Under the pieces are notes generated by a model. The model was not told the DNA's origin, did no database searches, and was given only the letters and a program-made list of their open reading frames with translations. 64,000 nucleotides of DNA, taken from the NCBI GenBank assembly GCA_947085095.1, contig CAMTVD010000013.1:61360-125359 (forward strand), written 5' to 3'. Positions 25,405 through 36,030 of the stretch are shown here, piece by piece. The position numbers and the translations under genes are program-made. The DNA is from an uncultured Thermus sp. (GTDB lineage: Bacteria > Deinococcota > Deinococci > Deinococcales > Thermaceae). Within the stretch, counting starts at the first letter, position 1. Every line of letters starts with the position of its first letter.

Positions 25405-28400
25405 CTAGTTCCCCGCTCCGAGCCGCGCCCACGCTTCCAGCACCAGCCTCCTGGTGCGGTACTCCCCGAAGCGCTTCATCTCCTTGTCCTTGAGCACCCG
25501 GAAGGTCTCGCCGGGGAAGGTGCTCTTTTCCACCCTCTTGCGGTAGGCCTTCTCGTCCAGGGGGTCTTCCACCTCCTCCTTGTCCGAGAGAATGTCCTCT
25601 AGCTCCTTAGGCGTGAGGTCTTTGGGGTCCAGGATGTAGCGGAGCTGCTTGCGGTTCAGGCCGTAGAGCCGGGCGTAGTAGGCGTCCAGCTCGGCCCGGA
25701 GGAGGGCCCTTCGCTCCTCGTCCCAGACGAAGGGGGGGAAGGGATAGGGCCCCTCCACCCACTCCGGGGGCGCGTCCGGGTGGAGCCTGGCCCCCGCCAA
25801 AAAGGCCCGGATGGCCTCCCTTAGCCCCTCGTCCGTTTCCTGCCACACGTCCTGGGCCAGGGGGGCCAGGTCCCAGGCGGTGTAGGTGAGCTCCAGGACC
25901 CGGGGGACGATGAAGCGGAGGTCCTCCGGGCTGTAGGCCGAGGGGGGGAGGACGGGGAACTGTTTGAGGTAGTGGAAGGTTAAACTTGTTCCACCCACTT
26001 TTTGTCTCGCGGCGTAATCCAAAGCTAAGCTAATTAGATTTCCAAACAAACAAACCGTTAGCGAGGGGAGTGTGTGAGGGAAAAGGAGGGGTGCCTTATG
26101 CCCTACTCCAGTTCTAGGCAAAAATGAAACCACTACTGTGCGCTCATTTGTTGCATTAGTAACATCTCTAAATCCTAAGAACCATCTGTGTTGGTACATC
26201 CTTTTCTGAAGACGCTCCTCAACCTCTTCCCTTCGCACCCAGTACCGGGGCAGGGGCAGGGCGGCGGGGTCGGCCTTCCTCTCGGGGGAAAGCTCCTCGG
26301 TTCGCTCTTCCCCTACTCCAGGGAACCCGGCGAAGCGGTGGTCGTAGTGCCAGAACATCTTGGCCTCGTAGAGGGGCAGGTAGACCTCCTCCCCCCTCAC
26401 GAAGCGGTTCCCCACCAGCCGGAAGCCCTGGCCCTCGAGGTCCTTCCGGGTGCGGAAGAGGTGGGAGTCCGAGGTCATGTTGAAAAGCCCCTGTCTGAAC
26501 TGCACCCCCCAGGGGTTCTCTTCTTTGGGGACCCCTTCCCCCAAATGAACCGCCGGCCCCTCCCGCCAGAGGACGGGCACCCGGCGGTAGATGGCCTTGG
26601 TGAGCTCGGCGTCCTGCCGGGTAGAAAAGATGGGGCATGTTCCGGTGTTGGGGTTGACCAGCCATATATCCTCAGCTGATAGGCTAAATACTTTGTCGGG
26701 GTTGCCCAACTCTACATCGCGTGACAGTCCTGATCCAAACCTGATGGCTTCAACAGGATGATTTGAGAGGCAAAAGACCGCAAAGAGCTTTTGGTTTAAC
26801 CCAACATCTTTGAAGTAGACGGCGTTGTTAAAGAGGTAAAGCGCCGAAAGTTGCCTTTCCTGAACGGCGCTTTGGAAAAACTGCTTTGTTGAATCATCGG
26901 TGGCAATGCCCGAAGGTACAACCATCCCCATCCGCCCCCTGGGGCTTAGGTAGTTCCTCCCTAGCTCGGCAAAATAGCGGTAGGTGTTGGCATCTCCTTT
27001 GGCGGTAAGGGAATACCGCCCAGAGAGGCGCATAAAGTTGACCGTAGCCGCGATGCTCCCAGCATGATCTAGCCACTCGGCGTATAACCCTGGATTAACC
27101 TTTTCCAGCTCCTTGATTTTCTCCTTGCGTTTGTTTCCAGACAGATTGGCAATATTTGGGTCCTTTTCCCTGAAAAACTCCTCTTCCTTGGGCTCAAACA
27201 CTTCCCAGGGCGGGTTCCCCAGGACCACGTCAAACCCACCCTTCTCCATCACCTCCGGGAACTCCAGCCACCAGTGGAAGAAGCGGTGCCTGGCCTTGGC
27301 CTCGTGGATGGCCCCCAGGGTGGCTGGGGGCAGGTAGGTGGAGCTGTGTAGCTGATCCAGGGAAGCCCGCCCCGCCTGCTGGGCCAGCCAGTTCAGGCCC
27401 TCGGCGTCGGGCAGGCGCACCCCAGGCCCGGGGCGCAGGAAGAAGGCGGCGGTCCAGTAGTCGGCCAGAAGCTCCCACTTCCGCACTGCCTCGCTTTCCC
27501 GCCAGCCCCGGTAGGCCTCCCGCTTTTTTTCCACGTCCCGCACGTCCCTTTCCTCGTAGTCCAAAACTGGGGGCGGGGGAGGGGCGTCCAGACCCAGGGG
27601 GGGCCTGCCCGCCCTCTTGGTGAAGCGGAGGGCCTTCGCCGCCTCCGGGGGCACGCCCTCCCGCTTGTAGGCCTCCTTGGGGACGCCCCTTTCCAGGAAG
27701 TCCCTGGGAGCCCCCACCAGGGAGTTGCCGCACTTCAGGTGGTGGTCCAGGAAGGAGAGGGGGCGGCCCTTGGCGGCGGCGGCGATCCAGACGGAAAGCT
27801 TGGCCAGCTCCACGGCCATGGGGTTCAGGTCCACCCCGTAGAGGCACCGGGCGGCCACCTCGTGCCGGGCGGCGTAGAGGGCCTCCTGGGCATCGGGGTC
27901 TTCCTTCCCCACCCCCCGCACCTCCAGAAGCCTTTCCGCCAGGTACTCCAGGGCCGAGATGAGGAAGGCCCCCGAGCCCATGGCCGGGTCCAGCACCCTT
28001 AGGGAGAGGAGGGCCTCCTCCCGCTTCCTGGGGTCCTCCCCTGCCTCCTTCAGGCGGGCCTCCACCGCGGGCACCAGGGTTTCGCGGATGACCAGCTGGA
28101 CCAGCTCCCTGGGGGTGTAGTAGCTCCCCGAGGCCTTGCGCTCCAATAGCTGGCTTTGCAGGCGGTAGCGGCCCTCCACCAGGCGGGGGGAGAGGGCCAG
28201 GATGCCCTCGTAGACGTGGCCGATCTCCTCCACCTCGAGGTCCCGGTAGTTGATGCGCTCCAGGGCCCCCTCCCGCTCCACGTGGGTCAGGTGGCGGACG
28301 GCCCGGAGCAGGGCCTCGTTGCTGGGGCGGGGGAGGTGGGGGTTCTCCAAACGCTCCCTTGGGTCCAGAAGGCCCCCGGTGAGGATGGGGAGGGCCTCGG

Positions 28401-29442
28401 GGGCGAAGAGCTCCCCGTTCAGGGCGGGCACCCCCAGGCGCTCGTCCCCCCGGTAGACGAGCTGAAAGGTGAGGAGGAGCTTTTCCCAGAGGTCATGCCG
28501 CCTCTCGTCCCCGTAGGTGGGGCCTTGGGCGGCCCGGTCCCGCAGGCGGGAAACGCTGTACTCCTTTTCGTAGACCCAGGAAAGCTCCCCCCCATGGGGG
28601 ATGAGGTTGCGGCTTTCCGCGTAGAGGAGGAAGAGGAGGCGGTAGACGAGCCTCAGGAGCTCCCCGTGGTAGGCCTTCAGGCGCTCCTCGTCCTTTAGCT
28701 CCTCCCGGAGGCTTTCCGTGAGGAAGGCGTTCCCCAAGGCCTCGAGGGCCTCCACCACCCCTTTCCTGAGGGCGTCCCGGGCGCGGATGCCCGTCTCCCG
28801 GGCGGCCTCGTAGTAGCGGTCCAGGGGCGTTTTGCCCTCCTTGCCCTTCTGGAAGCGGGAAGGGGAGAGGAGCAGGAGGAGGACCTGGAACTCCTTCAAG
28901 GCCGCGTCCCGGGGAGCCTCAAAGAGCTCCACCAGGTTGAAGGCCACGTACCCGGGCAGGGAAACGTGGTAGTACTTCCGGAGAAGCCGCACCTCCCACG
29001 GGCAGGCCAGGATGCCCCAGTCCTGCTCCGGGTGCAGGTTCAGGTAGGCCTGCAAGAGGGCCTGGGGGCTCTTTTCCCGCCGCCCTGGCCTTTGGTCCAG
29101 GTCCAGGGCCACCAGGTGCAGGGGCGGCCCCTCCTCCCCCTCAAACCCCCGGTGGCTGATGGGGAAGCCCTGGTCCGCCACCTGGAGGTGGCCCCGGTTG
29201 TAGGCGGGCCAGAAGCCCAGGGCCCGGAAGAAGGGGAGGAGCCAGGCCTCCCGGGCCCGGGAGGTGTCGGTGAGGGCGAAGAGGGGCTTGTGGCGCTCGT
29301 AGAGGCTGAGGAGGGCGTAGAAGCGCTCCTCCAGCTCCTGGCGGCTTAGGCTGAGCTCCTTGAGCCTCTCGGGCTGGCCCAGGCTTTCCAAAAACTCCTC
29401 GGTGAGGATGCCGCCGGAAACGCGGATGGCGTAGAAGCTCAT
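25405..29442 (-). CDS. Large N6-adenine DNA methyltransferase (Eco57I/type IIG/DrmMI-like)
   Basis: RKASGSYYTP, VLDPAMGSGAFL (motif I), LYGVDLNPMAVELAK, FHWWLEFPEV, FDVVLGNPPW (motif IV), LYEAKM, FRDVT-x-ATNERT; start ATG 29442 with TAAGGT -10 seven nt upstream. Confidence 0.9.
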   Translation of the reverse strand: MSFYAIRVSGGILTEEFLESLGQPERLKELSLSRQELEERFYALLSLYERHKPLFALTDTSRAREAWLLPFFRALGFWPAYNRGHLQVADQGFPISHRGFEGEEGPPLHLVALDLDQRPGRREKSPQALLQAYLNLHPEQDWGILACPWEVRLLRKYYHVSLPGYVAFNLVELFEAPRDAALKEFQVLLLLLSPSRFQKGKEGKTPLDRYYEAARETGIRARDALRKGVVEALEALGNAFLTESLREELKDEERLKAYHGELLRLVYRLLFLLYAESRNLIPHGGELSWVYEKEYSVSRLRDRAAQGPTYGDERRHDLWEKLLLTFQLVYRGDERLGVPALNGELFAPEALPILTGGLLDPRERLENPHLPRPSNEALLRAVRHLTHVEREGALERINYRDLEVEEIGHVYEGILALSPRLVEGRYRLQSQLLERKASGSYYTPRELVQLVIRETLVPAVEARLKEAGEDPRKREEALLSLRVLDPAMGSGAFLISALEYLAERLLEVRGVGKEDPDAQEALYAARHEVAARCLYGVDLNPMAVELAKLSVWIAAAAKGRPLSFLDHHLKCGNSLVGAPRDFLERGVPKEAYKREGVPPEAAKALRFTKRAGRPPLGLDAPPPPPVLDYEERDVRDVEKKREAYRGWRESEAVRKWELLADYWTAAFFLRPGPGVRLPDAEGLNWLAQQAGRASLDQLHSSTYLPPATLGAIHEAKARHRFFHWWLEFPEVMEKGGFDVVLGNPPWEVFEPKEEEFFREKDPNIANLSGNKRKEKIKELEKVNPGLYAEWLDHAGSIAATVNFMRLSGRYSLTAKGDANTYRYFAELGRNYLSPRGRMGMVVPSGIATDDSTKQFFQSAVQERQLSALYLFNNAVYFKDVGLNQKLFAVFCLSNHPVEAIRFGSGLSRDVELGNPDKVFSLSAEDIWLVNPNTGTCPIFSTRQDAELTKAIYRRVPVLWREGPAVHLGEGVPKEENPWGVQFRQGLFNMTSDSHLFRTRKDLEGQGFRLVGNRFVRGEEVYLPLYEAKMFWHYDHRFAGFPGVGEERTEELSPERKADPAALPLPRYWVRREEVEERLQKRMYQHRWFLGFRDVTNATNERTVVVSFLPRTGVGHKAPLLFPHTLPSLTVCLFGNLISLALDYAARQKVGGTSLTFHYLKQFPVLPPSAYSPEDLRFIVPRVLELTYTAWDLAPLAQDVWQETDEGLREAIRAFLAGARLHPDAPPEWVEGPYPFPPFVWDEERRALLRAELDAYYARLYGLNRKQLRYILDPKDLTPKELEDILSDKEEVEDPLDEKAYRKRVEKSTFPGETFRVLKDKEMKRFGEYRTRRLVLEAWARLGAGN

Positions 29443-29575
29443 AGGGCTCACCTTATAGGGATGGGCATGAGAACCCCCAGACCAAAGCCCCTGGGGCGGG
29501 TATTCTCGGATGAAGGGGAATGCGCGCGGCCAGGGGCGGTATCTGGAGCCAACATGGCTTAACCACCTGCCCTCG

Positions 29576-32332
<2,757 letters not shown>

Positions 32333-32339
32333 GGTGAAA

Positions 32340-33941
32340 TCATAAGCCCAGGTAGCGCCGCACCGCGTCCAAGGGGGTGGAAGGGTCCACCTCCAGGCCC
32401 TCCCCTCCGCTTCCTTTGGGGAAGAGGCGCTTCCCACCCCAGCGGGCCAGGCTCTGGATCATGGTGCCGTCCCCAAGCTCCACGTCCTCGGGGCCCTCGG
32501 TGGGCGGGGGTACCCCGGCTTCCCTCAGGGCCTGGAAGAGAGGGTGGTAGGCCTCGTCTAAAAGGGGAAAGAGTTCCTCCCAGGGGATTCCCAGGCTTGT
32601 GGCCCCCTTCCCCAGGGTGAGCGTACGGGGCGGGAACTCCTCGCTGTTGTAGTGGCTCATCTCCTGGTAGACCCGCTCCCGGAGCTCGAGGGCCAGCTGG
32701 GCTAGCTCCTGAGCCCGTCCCTCGGGCCAGTCCCGGTGGGGAAAGAGAAGTTTGAGGAGGGCAGACACCCACTTGCGCACCGCCCGCACGTCCCGTTGCG
32801 TGAGGCCCTTGGGGAGGTCCAGGGCAGGATCAAAGCCCAGGGGCCTCAGCCTGCGGAAGGCGGCGCTCAGGTAGTCCACCACTAAGCCCGGCCCCTCGTA
32901 GAGGAGATCGGGGGTGATCTTGGGGAACTCGTGTCCGGGAAGAATGCCGTGGATACGGTCCAGAAAAGCCGTGTCCCCCCGGAGGCCTTGGGGCAGGACC
33001 CGGGTCACCGGAACCTCTGGGCGGTCGGTGTTTCCCAGAAAGACCAAGGAGGCCTCCGAGGTAAGGTTCCGCCCTCCACGGCTGAACTGGCCGGACTCCA
33101 TGTAGTCCTTGAGGATGGAGAGGATGGAGGGATCTTCCCAGGCGGTGTGGGCCACCTCGTCAAAGACGAGCACCTGGTAGGTGGGGATGAGACCAGGCTT
33201 GCGGGTGAGCTGGTTGTAAAAGAGCACCGCGGGGGTCACCTTTCCCCCCGAGATCACAAAGGCCTCGGGGGAGAGGTTTCTGAGGAGGTAGGTCTTCCCC
33301 GTCTGCCTGGGCCCCAGCTCCATCACGTGCAGATTGGGCTCCACCAAAGGGGCCAGGCGGGCCAGGTAGAGGAGTTGTTGCCTCGGGCTGAGGGCCTGGG
33401 GATTGAAGCCCACGGAAGCGAGAAGGAAGTGGGTCCACTCTTCCTCGGTGAAGAGGCTTCGCCCCTTGAGGTACGGGTCCAAGGTGGTGAGGCTCGCTTG
33501 GAAAGGGATGAACTGCTTTACCCGGACCCGCCCCCGCCCCCCTTCGTAAGCGAGCTCCAGGGTTCCCCACAGGCCGTAAAGTACCCCCGGGTGCTGCTCG
33601 GGGAGGTGGTAGTCCACCTCAGCCGGGTACTCCCCCAGGCTGGGAAGGTGGGCGCGGTGGGCTCCGGTGTCCAGGTCCACCCGGACCTCGAGGCGGTCAA
33701 TAATGACCACGCGGCCCTGGCGAAGCAGCCGGTCCTTCAGCCACTCCTGGTGGCCTGGGCCAATGTAGCGTTCCTCCAAGAGGCGGCGCACTTTGTCCAC
33801 CGCCTCGGGGGTTCCGCCGGCCTTGGCCAGAAGGTACTCCACCACAAACCGGGGAACTCGGTGGAACGAGGTCTCCTGAAGCAGGCGCTTTTCCACCACC
33901 TGACCCGGGAAAGCTTGAAATATCTTTTCCTTGAAGCTCAC
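32340..33941 (-). CDS. brxL: BrxL-type (MCM-like AAA+) ATPase lacking the Lon protease domain
   Basis: VP-x-FVVEYLL, ELGPRQTGKTY, ISGG-x-VT-x-A-x-LF, FDEV, LKDYMESG-x-FSRG, DTAFLDRIHG-x-LPG, RD-x2-AV, LLKLLFP, ALE-x-R-x-RV; no Lon GxSAG motif. Confidence 0.82.
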   Translation of the reverse strand: MSFKEKIFQAFPGQVVEKRLLQETSFHRVPRFVVEYLLAKAGGTPEAVDKVRRLLEERYIGPGHQEWLKDRLLRQGRVVIIDRLEVRVDLDTGAHRAHLPSLGEYPAEVDYHLPEQHPGVLYGLWGTLELAYEGGRGRVRVKQFIPFQASLTTLDPYLKGRSLFTEEEWTHFLLASVGFNPQALSPRQQLLYLARLAPLVEPNLHVMELGPRQTGKTYLLRNLSPEAFVISGGKVTPAVLFYNQLTRKPGLIPTYQVLVFDEVAHTAWEDPSILSILKDYMESGQFSRGGRNLTSEASLVFLGNTDRPEVPVTRVLPQGLRGDTAFLDRIHGILPGHEFPKITPDLLYEGPGLVVDYLSAAFRRLRPLGFDPALDLPKGLTQRDVRAVRKWVSALLKLLFPHRDWPEGRAQELAQLALELRERVYQEMSHYNSEEFPPRTLTLGKGATSLGIPWEELFPLLDEAYHPLFQALREAGVPPPTEGPEDVELGDGTMIQSLARWGGKRLFPKGSGGEGLEVDPSTPLDAVRRYLGL

Positions 33942-33951
33942 ATTCCCTCCT

Positions 33952-36027
33952 TCAGGCTAGCAACTCGTCCAACAGGGGGTTGTCGCGACGGATCCCGGGC
34001 TCGGAACCCGGGCCCGGGGGCGGTAGGGGAGAGGTGGGAGGGGGTCCCTCCGAGGTGCGAGCTTCATGGAGGGAGGGGGCAAAATCCGCCAGAAGGTGCT
34101 CGGGATAGAGAGGGTAGACCATGCGCATAAGAACGCTCTCTCCGGGAAACCAAGGCTCGGCCTCGTAGGACTCACCCCATCGGCGGCCCGAGGTGGGGCC
34201 CAACACGTAGGCGAACTGGTGGTGCTCCGGCCAGTTCCTCACCAGGACCCTAGGGGCTGCCGCTGCTACCAGGGTGGACCAGAGCTCTTCTGGGATCTCC
34301 CTCAGGGGCCTTGGTCCAAGCCTCTCCGCCAGACGCTCGGCCGTCTCGCGAAGGGTTTCCTTAACCTCGCCCACATCCCCATCCCAAAAAGCCTCCAATA
34401 CCCCTTCCTGAACCAGCTCAAAGGCTGCGGCCCGGACCTGGGGATGATCCGAGGGCAGGTCCTGGGACACGCGCAGCACGAGGGGGTTCTCCTCCCGGGA
34501 TGCGGAGGGAGGGGTGAAGGACTCTAGCTGGCTGAGGGCCTGCTGCGCCCGGTTCCGCTCCCGTTTGAGGGCTTCAAGGTGCTCTTGGACGAGGCTCAAC
34601 TCCTTGAGGAGGAGGAGAAAGTGGACCTGGCGCTCGGTAAGCTCTTGCTCCGCCTCTTGGGCTTCCTGGAGAAGGTGCCAAGCCTTATCGCAAAGCCGTT
34701 TACGCAGATGGACGGTTTCCTCGGAAAGGGATAGGGGCTTTCTCCAGAAAAGGCGCCGCCACCAGGGAAGGGGCGGTTCCTTGTGAGGCAGGTTCTCGTT
34801 CCACCGCCCATGGTTTTCTTTGAACTCCTCCTCCAAGGAGCGAAGCCTTTGGGTGGCCTCTTTGGCCTTGGGGTCCCTTTCCAAGAAGAACTGCGTATCA
34901 CCGTCTTCCAGGGCTTTTCGCACCTCCTCCAGCTCGGACTCTAGCTTCTGGATCTCCCCTTCAAGGCTCGCTCCCGTCAAGCCCCTGCGTTCACGCCGGG
35001 CCTTTAGTCTGCGCAATCGGGCCCATTTGTCTGCGGTCCCAGCGGTTTGGTTCAAGATCTCGAGAATCTCGTTTTTTCGGGCGCTGGTCTTGCTCAAAGC
35101 CTTATCCAGCTCCTCCAAGGTGGCGACGAGATTGGGGACACCGCCCAGGAGGGCTTTGCGCCCCAGGTCAAAGGGGGTCTGGGCCTCGAGGGGAAGAAGA
35201 AGGCTTTCCACAGCCTCGGCAGCGGCATCTTGCAGCTTCTCCCGGTGAGCCTGCCAGGCCTCCCCTAGCCACGGAGGGTGAGCTTCGCAGCTCTTTCTCT
35301 CGGGCAAAGGGGGCGGCTGGCTCGCATGGGGGGCTAGGGCGGCCCGGAGAGCCTCAGCGCTGGGGGTAGGGACCCGGGGCGATGGCCCTAACCGGACCCC
35401 CTGGATGGCCTCCCAGATTTTGGGCACGAGGATAGCGGGGTCTGGCTGCTCCAGCTCCAGCCGGGCGATGCCAAGCCCCATCCAGTCCCTACCCCTGGAG
35501 GGCTGTAAGGGGGCTTGGGTTAGGACCAGGGCCTCTACGAAGTGCTGGATCCAGGTCTTTAAGTGCTCCTCCTTGGGAAGGCGCAGGCCGTTCCGGGACC
35601 AGAGCGAAAGGGGCCAGACCCGGGTGGGGATAGGGTGGCCCGGATCTGGGGGAAGGGCCTCGAGGGCTTGCAAGCTCTCTGGGCCCCGCACAAACAGAAC
35701 CAGGTGAATCCGGACCTCCATTCCTGCCCAAGGGTCCTCCTTTAAGACGGCTTCCGCTCCCTTGAGGTGCGGGAATAGCTGATCCGGGTCGGCGGGAGCC
35801 AAGACCACTAGCGTGAGGGCGGGGTCCAGGTCCAATCCGGCCCGCTTGAGTTCCAGTAGGCGGGATTGGTCCAAAAGCGCCTGTAGAGAAGATACCAGCG
35901 CCTCGGGGTGGGTGACCTCTAAGGCCAGGATCTTCTTACCCAGACGGGTTCGCCAAAGCGGCTCCACCTCCCCCACTAGGCTTTGGGCGAGCCCGGGAAA
36001 GGCGACCACCAGCGTGGGGTGCACCAT
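33952..36027 (-). CDS. Coiled-coil protein, probable degenerate paralogue of the adjacent tubulin-like protein
   Basis: Long heptad-rich centre; flanking segments match the neighbour in order (PTRVWPLSLWSRNG~FDMVFLVNRQNRAG; WMGLGIARLELE~YASFGAAELRFE; LVAAAAPRV~LDAISAPAW); no GGGTGSG motif. Confidence 0.6.
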   Translation of the reverse strand: MVHPTLVVAFPGLAQSLVGEVEPLWRTRLGKKILALEVTHPEALVSSLQALLDQSRLLELKRAGLDLDPALTLVVLAPADPDQLFPHLKGAEAVLKEDPWAGMEVRIHLVLFVRGPESLQALEALPPDPGHPIPTRVWPLSLWSRNGLRLPKEEHLKTWIQHFVEALVLTQAPLQPSRGRDWMGLGIARLELEQPDPAILVPKIWEAIQGVRLGPSPRVPTPSAEALRAALAPHASQPPPLPERKSCEAHPPWLGEAWQAHREKLQDAAAEAVESLLLPLEAQTPFDLGRKALLGGVPNLVATLEELDKALSKTSARKNEILEILNQTAGTADKWARLRRLKARRERRGLTGASLEGEIQKLESELEEVRKALEDGDTQFFLERDPKAKEATQRLRSLEEEFKENHGRWNENLPHKEPPLPWWRRLFWRKPLSLSEETVHLRKRLCDKAWHLLQEAQEAEQELTERQVHFLLLLKELSLVQEHLEALKRERNRAQQALSQLESFTPPSASREENPLVLRVSQDLPSDHPQVRAAAFELVQEGVLEAFWDGDVGEVKETLRETAERLAERLGPRPLREIPEELWSTLVAAAAPRVLVRNWPEHHQFAYVLGPTSGRRWGESYEAEPWFPGESVLMRMVYPLYPEHLLADFAPSLHEARTSEGPPPTSPLPPPGPGSEPGIRRDNPLLDELLA

Positions 36028-36030
36028 GGC

